This document shows, piece by piece, positions 37,516-50,285 of a DNA stretch of 64,000 bases (the stretch's first letter is position 1; every line of letters begins with the position of its first letter). Source of the stretch: Octopus sinensis (taxonomy: Eukaryota); NCBI RefSeq assembly GCF_006345805.1, contig NC_043002.1, positions 104,222,001 through 104,286,000 on the forward strand. The letters are read 5' to 3'. A program made the translations under genes and the position numbers. A model generated the notes under the pieces. It worked only from the letters and a program-made list of their open reading frames with translations. It had not been told where the DNA came from and did no database searches.

Positions 37516-37591
37516 AGGGAGAATTCACGAAAAATACACAAGACGAAGACAGGTGGTGAAGAAAACAAAATAGATGTGTTAGTATAACGCT
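37516..37591 (-). repeat. 3' tail of TA-embedded hammerhead-bearing repeat (family H1)
   Basis: Reverse complement of ..caccacctgtcttcgtctt..ctccc|tata seen at 41105-41148 and 59939-59985. Confidence 0.8.
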
Positions 37592-37636
37592 TAACATATA
37601 TTTACATATATACATATACACAGATACACAGCGCAC

Positions 37637-37667
<31 letters not shown>

Positions 37668-37714
37668 CATACTGAGATGTGTATGTATGTATGTGTTTGT
37701 GTGTATGTGTTTAT

Positions 37715-38430
37715 GGATGGATTGATGCAGATAATCAACATAGAAGTTTTGGAGAAGTTTCCTTCTCCACAATTCATTTCTGTAGATTCTGTTTTCTTCA
37801 ACATTTTGATATTCAACGTGATCAGCCTCAATGCTTTCCTTCATTCGTTGCACGCCCCTATTTCTTCAGCTTGCGTTTCTCACTTGCTAATTCGGAGATT
37901 TCTGCTAAAGAAATTTAAGAATGTTCCTCTTGGACGCATCGCTTGTTTGGTGACCTGCATCTTAGGAGTGATGTAGCACTTTGGCTATTCTTGTGTTTGT
38001 CATCGTTCCTTGCATTTCTCGAAATTCCGATTTCATGTTTTCTCAATGGTTTGGATTTTTCCTTGCCGTACATCCTAGTTTCTGACATCGCCATAACGAC
38101 CGCTGTTTAGGATCGATAGTACTTTTGATTCGGAAGATCTGACAATTTGTTTTTATCGCGCTTTTGTCTTTGCTTTGCAGTCAAAGTGTCATTGCCATTA
38201 ATAGTGAAGCGAGCATAGCAGCATGAAAACCCAAAAGTGTTGTTTCATGTCTCAGCTTGTAAATGAAACGTTAACGATCCCGAAAAACTGTGTGGGTTGC
38301 TCGCACTTGGCTGATGATGCGTCTTTGATTTTAATCCTATGATTGATTTTCCTGAAAACAGCAGCCACATAGATTGAAATAACTGTGGATGCAGTACACA
38401 GCCTTGATTAACGCCATTCTTTCTTTCGAA
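37715..38430 (-). mobile_element. Possible ancient RTE-like LINE relic
   Basis: Minus-strand fragments such as SLL.GNDTLTAKQRQK and ..NELWRR resemble RTE C-terminal motifs; very decayed. Confidence 0.35.
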
Positions 38431-39194
38431 ATCAAGAGCTTATGCTTGTTTCCAACTGGATCATTTCTTTCCTTAAAAGTGTTTGTAAAACGATATGATC
38501 GGGGCTTTTATCACATCATTGAAGACGTAGTCTCACGAGTTTTCAGGGTCTGGTAAGTTCAGAGACTATTCTGCAAACACTTTCACAACAGTTACTTCTT
38601 AAACAGCTATGATGGTTTAGATTAATTCTCCCGCAATGACACACATTGATGAATCGAACGTTGTAGCATGTGCAGATTCGGCAATTAGATGGAGTTAGAG
38701 GTTACATATTCACTCTGGCGTTAGAATAGATCAGCGGCCTTATCAGATGCATACGCAAACAAACATTACATATTTGCCTCTGTAGATGTATATACATGGA
38801 GAGAAATCCCTATATCCGAATCTATCTGTCTATGAATGTATAATTATCTCTCTCTCTCTCTCTATTGGCCTCTCTCCACGTACATACAGCCACACACAGA
38901 ATTATATACATATATACACATACATACACACATACATACATACATATGTGTGTGTGTGTGATAAAAGTGGTAAGATAATAAAAGAATGAAAGAGACCTCG
39001 ATATTATATAAATAGAGGAATTTATCTGTAAATATATGTGACAATTATTCGGTAGCCATGATAAAACTCCGAGTTTTATCACAGCTACCGAATAATTATC
39101 ACATATCACATTTACAGATATATATATATATATATATGCCTGTATGTGAGCATGTATGTATGTATGTATGTATGTACGTATGTATGTATGTATG

Positions 39195-39220
<26 letters not shown>

Positions 39221-39226
<6 letters not shown>

Positions 39227-39970
39227 GGAAAAATAAATGTCGCAACTGTTTTGCTTTTTTCTAGTGTTTGAAGTTTGCCCTTCTCGTATTAAAGTACAAA
39301 CCAAGACTTAATAAACAGCGTGTATACACAAATAACTGGTCAAACACAAAAATTCATTCTGTCACTTGTCATGAGTAAAATACACAGCTAACAACCTAAA
39401 TTTTAGCCATTGGACTACATACAAACAGCTCCTGTCCACTCTCTCATCAGACAGATTAAATTTGGAGTGCCTTGATTTGTCGGGCTTCATTTTTAGGTGC
39501 AAAATGTACTGTAATGTGGCATTAACACACGGACGTAGCAGGAAACGCACAAAATGTTATGAAATTAATCATTTATTCATTCTCTACAAACATTCAGAGC
39601 ATTGATTGTTTGCACTTGTTTAGTCAACTCTCTCAGTCTTAACATACGACGCCAAACATCCTCGCTTGATACCAACACACGGACGTAGCGGGAAAGATGC
39701 AAAAATTTCTTAAGACCAGTCATGTGACTATTCTCTACCAATCAAATCCTATTCAAAACATACACTAATCTGAGCCCTGAACTCCGTATAAAAACAGGTC
39801 AAACTTCAGACACTAGCTAGAAACAAGACAGCCGCCACATAAGACACGTCTTACTATTTGAACTTTTTCAAACTCAGTGTAACTTGTGAAACCGGTTAAA
39901 GCTTCGAATTTATTAATGAAAAAGAATTTTAACTATTCTCAGTGTATTTTCAGCTTCTATTTTCCCTACA
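39221..39970 (+). mobile_element. Probable solo LTR
   Basis: TG..CA ends with short inverted repeat (tgtaaaggaaaaata / tattttccctaca), duplicated 22-nt motif (39524, 39674), CCAAT (39738), TATAAAAA (39787); no clear TSD. Confidence 0.55.
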
Positions 39971-40035
39971 TTTCTAGTCGTGTGGAATAAAATTTGCCAA
40001 CTCTTCCTATTTCTCGCCCCCTCTCGCTCTCTCTT

Positions 40036-40103
<68 letters not shown>

Positions 40104-40119
40104 TTTTTATATATATATA

Positions 40120-40922
40120 CTAGCATTAAAGACCCGTCGTTGCCGGGTCATAGTGCTAGTGCATGTATATATGTGTATATATATATGTGTACATATTACA
40201 TGTACATCTATATATATAGATCTACACATAGAATACAAAATACAAAGTTATATCTTCATATCGCTAGTGATAAAAATACTCAAAATATATAATAGACTGG
40301 AATTGCTAGCCCGTCTCTTGTAATTTACCGCCTCTGATTAGATACCTTTCATAGTCGCACCAAGACACTTTCCGAAGGTGCTTTCCTCCTTGTGTTCAAA
40401 TCTTCTTTTTTCTCTACATTGTATACTTTATAGACAATAGTCTTTTCTTTATTTTAATTTTTTATTATCCATCTGGACTATTCTATTTCTGCAGGCTAAT
40501 TTTATTTTTAATTTATTCCCATTCATGTGAAACCACTTATTCAAGTTCAAATCATTGATGCAATTTTATACCAATTGCTATCTTCACTTTTGTCATGTTA
40601 CTTTAGTTTGATTTTAATTATTACTTACTACATATAATTCAATTGTTATTTTTATTTTTATTGTTAAAATGAAAGTATCTGACATAAAATAGAGAAATAT
40701 TTTTGTTTCACTTTTAACACATAATACTGAAATAGTGGAGAAGATATATTGCTATGGGCTCGCGCTGGGAAAGAAGTTGAACATTTTATTTGCCATGAAA
40801 CTACATGGACGCTAAGTAAAATTTGAGGCATGTGTAAAATTTGAATGAAATTGGTTGCGTAGTTCTCAAGTTTTAGGGAAACACACAGACAGACAGACAT
40901 TCTCAGTTTTATACACATAAAG

Positions 40923-40923
<1 letters not shown>
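40120..40923 (-). mobile_element. Non-autonomous Helitron, copy A
   Basis: Minus strand a|TCttt..aaaactgagaatg (ctgt)n ... cccggcaacgacggg hairpin, CTAG|t; inverted homologue of 50286-51136. Confidence 0.92.
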
Positions 40924-40960
<37 letters not shown>

Positions 40961-40989
40961 GATATATATATTATATATAATATATATAT

Positions 40990-41148
40990 GCCCTTTCTTC
41001 TCTCCTTGTTTTTCTGTGTACCTTTCTGTAGAAGAGCGTAGGCTGGAAACGTAAAAGACTTTTTCTATTCCTGAGCGCTACACTAATACATCTGTTTTTT
41101 TGTACACCACCTGTCTTCGTCTTTTGTTATTTTGTTAGTAAATTTCCC
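40990..41148 (+). repeat. TA-embedded repeat H1 with minimal hammerhead-like motif (41022-41057)
   Basis: cttt-CTGTAGA-a-GAGC-gtag-GCTG-GAAACGTA-aaag; ends ..ttccc|tatata. Confidence 0.72.
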
Positions 41149-42056
41149 TATATATATATATAGTGTGTGTGTGTGTGTAGGCGCGTGTGTGCACATATTT
41201 CCAGACAGACGGGTAGAAGTTTGCATGTGTAGACAGATAAATAGAGTTAAATAGTTAAAGATAGCCTCGTCACTGATTTACTGAATCTTATTACCACTGA
41301 ATTCTTGTGTGTAGGAGCGAACTGTTTAGGCAGGATGTCTACGCCTTGCCAAATGTTTGATTAACCACTTCCGAATCACTTTTGCCGCAAATTCGGTCGC
41401 ATGAATGGTTTCAAATTAAGAGTCTCCACCTTTTGTGTGGCTGACACTCAGCAAAAATATTACTGCATTGTCCTCATGCAGGATGTACAAGACTTACAAA
41501 CTTGAGAGCACGCGAGTGAGATTCTATTGTATCTGTTACATAGAAACACTCCACAATATACGGTATATTGAATTACTATTTCACTTGCTTATACAATATG
41601 TTTCTTTATGCTTATAAATATTATATGTGTGTTGAGTTGGCGTGTGGTTTCAGGAGTTGTGGCTAGTTTTCAATGCTACAAAGATATCTGCAGATTTTAC
41701 AGTTGTGTGTGTGTGTGTGTGTGTGTGTGCACGCAATCCGCTACAAATAGTCTTTCGGCTGCAAGTGTGTCCGTACACTCGTGCGGAAATACAACACCGA
41801 GATGCAAGAGAGAGACAGAGAAAAGAGAGAGTAAGTGAGTGAGTGAGACTGGGAGAGAGAAAGGAAGTTCTGTACCGAAGTATAGCTTTAGCTTCCCACC
41901 ATAATTTAATGATATTTATTCCATAAAGCCGGATCATAATACCGACGACATAGATATCGAGATATCAATCCCAGTGCTTCATCCATTACAATATGCATTT
42001 GCTGATTAACACAACTACAATCATTATACATACACCATATATATATATATATATAG

Positions 42057-42110
<54 letters not shown>

Positions 42111-42633
42111 ATATATATATATATATGTATGTATGTATGAATATTTATATATATATATATATTATATATATATGTATATATATATATATACCTATGTATA
42201 TTTATATTTATATATACATGTCTTTCTGCATATACAATTGCATACATAAATTCACACAATCACAGACACACACAAATATATATATACAAGCATACATAGA
42301 TATGCATATGCATAGACGTAATTTGCTGTGTATAAAAAAAAGAGGGCATACGTATACTTACGACCGTAATGCATCGTCATATTAGCTTTACATGTACCCT
42401 ACCGAGGGTTATTTTTTCTAGATAATTATTTGCTTTATGAAATATTAAATTTTACAGACTTTCGTAGAGTTAAAGCCGTGGCAGTTGCCATGTTGGTTAT
42501 TTATGCAAGCAATAAAATTAGACAGGACGAATAAACAGGGACGAACAAATTTGGTAGCTTTCCTAGTAATTATCCACATGTTACCATCCCTTCTGAAAGC
42601 TTGAGTGTTAGTGTAGATAAAAATCTATGTCAC

Positions 42634-42664
<31 letters not shown>

Positions 42665-43016
42665 AAATGCGCCGATACATAAGACCAGAATTGTGTAATC
42701 GTGTATATGATATTTTACGTAATAGTATGCAGAAACTTCGCAAGTAGCTGTTGTTGCCACTGCAGAGAAACAAGTGTTGCGGTCATGATTAAGGTCTTTA
42801 TGTTCCATCTTTTAGCTTTAAATACTTTCATATATACATATATAAAAATGAATATATGTATATATATATATACATATATGGTGTGTGTGTGTGTGTGTGT
42901 GTGTATATACATGTATATGTGTGTGTATGTATATATATATAATTCGTCATGTCAATCTTTCTCCGTATCTATATCTCTGTATGTATATACATTTATGCAT
43001 ATATGTGTGTGTGTAC

Positions 43017-43075
<59 letters not shown>

Positions 43076-43083
43076 AAGAGAGA

Positions 43084-43950
43084 GACGCTATATATAAATG
43101 GGCTGAAGACAACAACGTGCAATTTGATGCAGACAAATTGCAAGCTCCCCACTACGAGATAATTAGTGCTCAGAAGTCGCAACAACGATACTTTGGGCCA
43201 AATGGATCAAGAATCCTAGAATCACATTCGGTGCGTGATCTTGGGATTGATATGAGCAACGATACCGCGTTTGACATGCATGGTGCCTAGTTTGCAGGCG
43301 AATAGCCGGACGGATTCTGAGCACCTTCAGAATAAGTGGACGGGAAACTATGCTGGTCCTATGGAGGACATTTATCCACAACGGTCTGAACTACTGCTCT
43401 CTACTGTGGTCACTTTACAGTGTCGGATTAATAGCGTAATTTCAGGCCGTTTAGCGTTTCAACACAAGGGAAATTGCATCAATGGAACAGCTGGGTAATG
43501 AGAGAGTCTGAAAGAGCTACGACTCTACACCCTGGAGCGAACATGGAAAAGGTATGCAGTGATATTTATGTGGGAGATAGTTGAGGGGCTGGCACCAAAC
43601 TTTCGAATTGTGAGTAATACAGATCTTGAATTTAATGTCACTGCACTGTTTCAAATTTCCCAGCTGTCTCATCTAAGATAAGGACAATGTACTGCAATAG
43701 CTTGGGATTCAAGAGCACACAAGTATTGAACGCCTTGCCAAAACATCTGAAGGGTGTCCAGGGAGTGGTGGCAGATGTCTTCGAGAAGCATCTTCACTTC
43801 TTGATATCCAAGATCACTGATAAGTCAATATCAAGGCAGAAAACTCAAAATACGGCAGCTGTGTCGAACTCCCTCCTTCACCAAAACGACGTAATTACAC
43901 AGGCGATGCGCCATTATGACGACAGCCTTAGGGCTAAAACACATATAACA
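43084..43950 (+). mobile_element. CR1-group LINE 3' fragment
   Basis: DAIYKWAEDNNVQFDADK..VRDLGIDMS.., ILSTF..MLVLWRTFI..NYCSLLWS, YAVIFMWEIVEGLAPN, NSLGFK..LNALPKHL..SNSLLHQ. Confidence 0.88.
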
Positions 43951-43977
43951 GGATACCAGAATGACATATATATATAT

Positions 43978-44190
43978 TTATTCCAAACATGAAAACACAA
44001 AGAGAAAACTCAACCACGCGGGGACGTGGAACAAGTACAGTGTTATTGGACGCTCAGGAAAGAAGGAAAGAAGGGGGATTTAATGTTTCGAGTGTAGCTC
44101 GTCGTCAGAAACATAGGAAAAGGAAAGATCCAAAGAAGTGAAGACAGGGGGAAAAAAATCGCCAACGGTACACACGCGGTCACATTTTGA
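43978..44190 (-). repeat. TA-embedded repeat H2 with minimal hammerhead-like motif (44078-44112)
   Basis: Minus strand gttt-CTGACGA-c-GAG-ctaca-CTC-GAAAC-att-aaat; downstream ttcctgagcgt shared with H1. Confidence 0.72.
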
Positions 44191-44390
44191 ATGACCGGAA
44201 GGGAATGGGTGAAGAAAAAGTTCTTTCAAAGACAGGAGAGTGCAAGAGGAGGTATGTGTGTGTAAGTGTGGATATGTGCGTGCGCGCAGGTCTGCGTGTG
44301 TGTGTGTTTGTATGTGTGTATGTGTGGGTTCATTTGTGTGTGTGTGAGTGGTGTGTGTGTGTGTATGTATGCATGTATGCATGTATATAG

Positions 44391-44493
44391 AAGCACCCTC
44401 TATGTGACACATTGGGCAAGTGTATTCAACTGTAGCTTCAGGCCTACCAAAGCCTTGTGAGTGGATTTGGTAGAAACTGAAAGAAGCCCGTCG
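44391..44493 (+). mobile_element. SINE S2 fragment
   Basis: ttgggcaagtgt..aaagccttgtgagtggatttggtaga..ctgaaagaagcccgtcg. Confidence 0.85.
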
Positions 44494-44519
44494 TGTATAT
44501 ATATATATATATATATGAA

Positions 44520-44700
44520 TGACTGACCGTTAAATTCACAAGTTTTTATTCTCTCTGTTTATTTTCTCGTGTTTCTTTTTGTTGAAGGACGTACGCTCGA
44601 AACGTAAAAGACTTTCTCACTTTCCCGAGCGTCAAACTAATACATCTGCTTGTTGCTCATACACCTGTCTTCGTCTTTTGTTTTTCTGTAAATTTCAACT
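44520..44700 (+). repeat. TA-embedded repeat H1 variant with decayed hammerhead-like motif (44574-44611)
   Basis: tcttt-TTGTTGA-a-ggac-gtac-gctc-GAAACGTA-aaaga..acacctgtcttcgtctttt..|tatata. Confidence 0.7.
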
Positions 44701-44729
44701 ATATATATATATGTGTGTGTGTGTGGTGC

Positions 44730-44774
<45 letters not shown>

Positions 44775-44872
44775 AGTGAGTGTGTGTGTGTGGGTGTGTT
44801 GTGTGTATGTGCGGAAGCAAAAATGTCATTTGTTTTGCGAAAGGTGACAGATGGTAATATTTATTATATATA

Positions 44873-44940
<68 letters not shown>

Positions 44941-44959
44941 TATATATATATAATATATA

Positions 44960-45758
44960 TATATATATAAACGGGTTTGTCTGTCTGGTGTCTGTGTGTC
45001 TGTCATGTTGTACCCTCACCCTGCCCACGGCTTTCAACCGATTCTGATGAAGCCTGACACACCATAGCCCAATGTCATAATTCAAAACTAACGCAGCGAA
45101 AATTTTGAAAAGTTCCCCCAGTTCTGAAAAAAAATAGATAAATTCGACATGGGTCGAGAATCTAAGCTTTTTACATACTACACATTTTCTACAGACTGTC
45201 TAGGGGACGCAACTCGACCTTTTTAACTCTCGGAACACGTGGGGTAAGTATCCCAAAATGTATAAAAATGTACAAAAACGGCAAAAAAGCGGGCAGCAAT
45301 GTGAGTGACAACAACGAAAAAGTCAAAAGCAACCAAACTGAACAAACGAATGGAAAAGGTTTTTTTGGTGCACACGACAAAAGCGGTTTATAATAACCCA
45401 AGAGTTTGCAAGTGGCGTCCGAGGACCCTTAGGGTACGTCAAAAATTTAAGGTAAAACGTTTAGGTTGGTAGTTATAAAGAAAGTGTAAACAAAAATGTA
45501 TTCAAATAACTTGCGGCTGCAGCAGCTATTAGCAGAAGTGGCGCTGTTGGGAGTAAAGTCTCGAATGTAATTTCTTCATGGTAGGAATTGGTTGGGTTGA
45601 ATTATCGATAGCTGTTTGATAGTTATTTGGGAGTGAAGAAAAGACATTGCAACCTACACATGCGCCTTCGTTCCCTAGAGGGAAAGGACTAGATTGGGAT
45701 TAGTCGTTGCCTACTAGGGGCTCTTACATACCCGGGCAACGTCGGGCTATGCTGCTAG
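44960..45758 (+). mobile_element. Non-autonomous Helitron
   Basis: 5' tatataaa..(tgtc)n..accgattctgatgaa; 3' hairpin cccgggcaacgtcggg then CTAG|t; 5' end merges into (TA)n. Confidence 0.85.
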
Positions 45759-46003
45759 TATATATATATGTCGACATGCATATATTTGTATATGGATGTA
45801 TACATTTATATTCATTTAACAGGAAGACTACTGTGATCTCTGTCAATTATAATCTATGGAACTCGGAAACTATTCTTTATAGCCCAAGGTGTCGCGATAG
45901 ATATTAAGTATATATGTCTGTATGCATACTTACCAGTACGTGTGATTTTCTGTATATAAGCGCGAATATACTTTTGTATGCAGAACATTAAGTGCATAGT
46001 GGG

Positions 46004-46053
<50 letters not shown>

Positions 46054-46377
46054 AGAGAGTGAATGAGACAGAGAGATTGATGGAAGGAGTGAGAGGATTA
46101 ATGAGGGGGGTGTAAATTGGAGGCTGTGACAAATTATTTCTGTAATATGCTTTTGGCTTTTCACAAAATTTAATATTTACTTTACTCTTCTAGATCCTAA
46201 TGCGGATATAGATATTGCGATATCAACCCCTGTAATTCATATGCTGAAATACGATTATAGTGATTAATACGGACATATTCTATAGAGGAATTTTGTGTAA
46301 GCATTGCGTACATAAAATGCACATACTCGCGCATGATGTATCCTGATTCATATCAGATAAACGTATGTCACGCCTTC

Positions 46378-46494
<117 letters not shown>

Positions 46495-46561
46495 ATATTA
46501 TATATATATATTTATATATATATATATATATATACACATACAAACACACACACATACATTG

Positions 46562-46597
<36 letters not shown>

Positions 46598-46668
46598 ATA
46601 TATACATATATATGTATCTGTGTATATATATCTATGTATATATCTTTATATGTATGTATGTATATATA

Positions 46669-46707
<39 letters not shown>

Positions 46708-47889
46708 AATGTATGTATATATCATTTCCAAAATTTTCGACTATTCAATGGGATATTCAATTTGTTTTAGCTAATTATTGGCTGTATCGAATATTATCAA
46801 ATATTAAAGTTTACAGACTTTCATAGAGCTAATGCTGTAAAAGAAGAGCCATACCATTTATTTTTTTTTAATCATTGCGTCCAGAGACAGAAAGGATATT
46901 CAAAAGATCAGGTCGACCTCCCTGACATTATGTGGGTGACCATTTTATTCCATTGCAATATTCAACGATTTAATTAGCAGCATAAATTTGGATAAGGCAT
47001 GAACATTTTCTTCATACATCACTTTCTCTTTCTCTTGCCCCTCACTTTGCCCCCTCTCGCCACTCTCTCTCTCTCTCTCCTGTTTCATGGGTTTGTATGC
47101 GCATGTGTGACTATGGCTTTTAATCAGCTTGGTGGCTATTCCCAATAACATTAAATCTTTTAATCATTGTTTCCTACAACACAAATGACAAATCTCGTCT
47201 CGACCTGTTTCTAGTTGTTAGTTAGCTTTATTAATGTCGCCCAATTAAGTTTCGAAATGCATCTGACGTCCTCGCTCTTCTCTGCTGGGAATATTTTTTT
47301 CTCCCCTTCTTTCCTACTGATATACATTGCATTTTACAAATCGCACGTCCGTAAGAGCTGCTCTCTCAAAAGAATATCGCAGTAAACTGCCTCTCAACCC
47401 TGTCTATGCATTAAGTATGATACAGAGATTGCTACTTTCATTATTACTGCTTCAACTATATTTATACCGGATGCATACACTCATTCTCTCATACATACAT
47501 ACATACATACATACATACATACATACATACATACATACACATACATACATACATACATATACATACATTCATGTAGGCATACATACATTCATACATACAT
47601 AATTAGATGCATATATTCAAATAGTGGTAGACAGCGTTAATGGGAGACTATAATGGTCGAAAATCTATTATGATTTTTCATTATCGTTTTCAATCTACAG
47701 AGAAATAGCTAATTGTTTAAAATATTACTATATCTACAGCATAGTCTATATATATTGAGACTGTGCGGATCGGGGCCCCTTTGAACGGACCTTGATATCG
47801 AATAAAGTGCTAAATAATTACAGTGTACAAAATAATACCCCGGGTCTCTGAAAATTATTAGTCTTTTGTTATCTCTTACTTCTTTCATT

Positions 47890-48330
47890 CTTAAGGGAGC
47901 GGCCATGCTACAACACCATTACTAATAAATTTTAGTCGAACGAATCGATTTCCGATCCTTTTTTTTTTAATTTTGAATATCTGGAAGTTACTCTGTCGGT
48001 GCCTTTTGCCAAACCGCTAGGTTACGGGACGTAAACACACCACTAACCCTTGTCAGTGTGTGGTGGAGAACAAACAGAAACACAAAGACACACGTATAGA
48101 TACCACCAAATACACACGTAGACGTTCACACACATGCGCACACACACACACATATATGTTTGTAGGAAAGGGTTCTTTCTATTTCCGTCTACCAAATCAA
48201 CTTACAACGCTTTGGTCAGCCCGAGGCTATAGTTTCAAAAGCAAAAAAAAATTACCCAAGGTGCCACGTAGTGGAACTGAACCCAGAGCAATGTGGCTGA
48301 GAGGCAAACCTCTTACCACATAGACTCGCC
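47890..48330 (-). mobile_element. SINE S2, degenerate
   Basis: gcggccatgct..ttttgccaaaccgctag..tttccgtctaccaaatc..cccaaggtgccacgtagtggaactgaaccc. Confidence 0.85.
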
Positions 48331-49429
48331 AGCCTCTTGATTAGTATATAAACATATTGGCCTCTAATTTCTTTGGGGACAGTCAAATTGATGCCGATAC
48401 GTCTGACGGAACCCACTAAGTTCGGAAGTCAGTTAAGGCTTCTCATCATTGTTTCAACATGTGTATGTGCGTGTGTGTGTGCGTGTCTGTGCGTGTGTGT
48501 GGTTGGCGAAAAATTTGAAATTATTATAAATAGGTTTTGTCTTTTTACTCATCTGGCCTATTAACTTCACTAACTCAACTACAAATCAGATCGTTATTAT
48601 TTCTTTACTCAAGATGATGCTTAACTGCAGTTCCTCCTTCGTCGATGGTCAATGGGGTCACACGTGAGACAATCTTTATTCATAATTGTTTCAAGAAATA
48701 ATTTATCGATCATGTCCTCTCGTTTTTAAGCAATGGCATGTTTCTAGAACACATTAGAAATGGAAATATTTTCAAGGCACTCTGCTCGAAATAGGTAAAA
48801 TGTAGTTGAAGATCACCAAGATTATATAGAAACCACGCTTCTCATGAAGACTCGCGATGATATTTCATGGCAGGATCACAAGACGAAAAAGAACGTTTCT
48901 GTACACATTGCACGGATGACTAGGAGAGATGCTGAACGTTGATGAACACTGGTATCGTAGAAGATGTAATATTTTGGAAAATTCTGTAAGCTAATACAAG
49001 ACGATCACTACTCAAAAGTATTCATGTTTCTGTCGCACCCCAATGTCGCAACTTCAACGAATCATCATCAGTCTCCGAAGGATAATTCTACGAGGAACTT
49101 CGCAAATACTGCTCCGTCTGTTAATTTCTACATTGGTTGTGTAAGCCAAAGAACAAATGTGGTCCCACCGTATTGACTCCGTTATATTTAACACCAAACA
49201 AGATTTCGTAAATGTGCCATTTTCGTTTTCTTTTTGAGTAGTATGGGATTTTAGAGAGCTGTAGCTATTCCTTGGTCACAGAGCGACAGAAAATATACTA
49301 ATAAAGGGAATTATTACAATTCTCAATATTCTCTTAAGTTATTTGCTATGTTTTATTGCTTACTTTTGGCAAAAAAAAAAAACAAACTTGAAGCATAATG
49401 ATTGTACGAAGTGAATCGTTAAAGATAAA

Positions 49430-49823
49430 GGAGTAAAGATTATTTGCCAACATAACATGGCAGTCCTGGTTTAGGACGAATGTTACTGTAATTCAGCCCC
49501 GGAAGACATCGTCTCCAGATGGCTATACAACACGATCTGTGTCCTTTTACTTTTGAACAAGGGAATCTAGCACCCTCACTCAGCTCAAAAAAATATCTAT
49601 GTACAGCGATTTTCGGGTTATTTCCCTTCCTCAGCACAGGATAATTGTTCGGCTAGAGGTGGCGCTGCCAAATTCCCGTTGGGTGCTTGATTGTCTTCGA
49701 AAATATAATGATATAGATCGTGTTGTATAGCCAGTTGGAGAGGATGTCTTCTGGGGCTAAATTACAGCAACATTCGCCTTAAGCCAGGACTGCCATTTTA
49801 TGTTGGCAAATAATCTTTACTCC
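49430..49823. mobile_element. ~390-bp foldback element with long inverted arms and a central hammerhead
   Basis: ggagtaaagattatttgccaacataa.atggcagtcctgg..tggctatacaacacgatct (49430-~49540) inverted at ~49712-49823 with about 90% identity; weaker pairing continues inward. Confidence 0.92.
49594..49643 (-). ncRNA. Type I hammerhead-like motif (stem III imperfect)
   Basis: Minus strand TATCCTGTG / CTGAGGA / a-GGG-aaataa-CCC / GAAA-atcgct-GTA / CATAGATA; 15.2-16.2 is an A.G mismatch. Confidence 0.72.
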
Positions 49824-50285
49824 AAAGTAATGTTGCTGAATATCTCTCGTTGTGAGATTTACAAATAGTAGTTTTCTAATTAAATATAATGTTTAACAAT
49901 GTTCTCTATTTAAATTATAACGACATACAAGTTGGTTGAAGGATTTTTCGAGTCAGATTGTATATAGTATACAGAGAGAGTGGGAGAGAGAGAGAGAGGA
50001 AGGGAGAGAATAAAAAATGTATTACATAAAGTCGATAGACGAACATTGATATTCACATCAACACAAACACTGAGAGAGTATGCCAAAGATGATAAAAGTT
50101 ACGCTGTCGATGGACGCCAAAGACATGACACGCGCTTAAACACTAACATACACACACACATACACAAACACACACACATAACTACATTTTAAAAAGAAAG
50201 ATAAACTCGAGAAACAGTTTGTTACTCTAAAATTTACATACATATAAACATGCATGCATACATATACATATGCATGCATCATACA

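Noticed and set aside
45044-45060. CTGATGA inside a Helitron (similar hits near 35810, 38311, 49066, 59650)
   Set aside because: Core heptamer only; no stem II-GAAA-stem III geometry.
48830-49050. ISWQDHKT..HIARM, RTE-like words
   Set aside because: Probably an ancient LINE scrap, but boundaries and frame cannot be supported.
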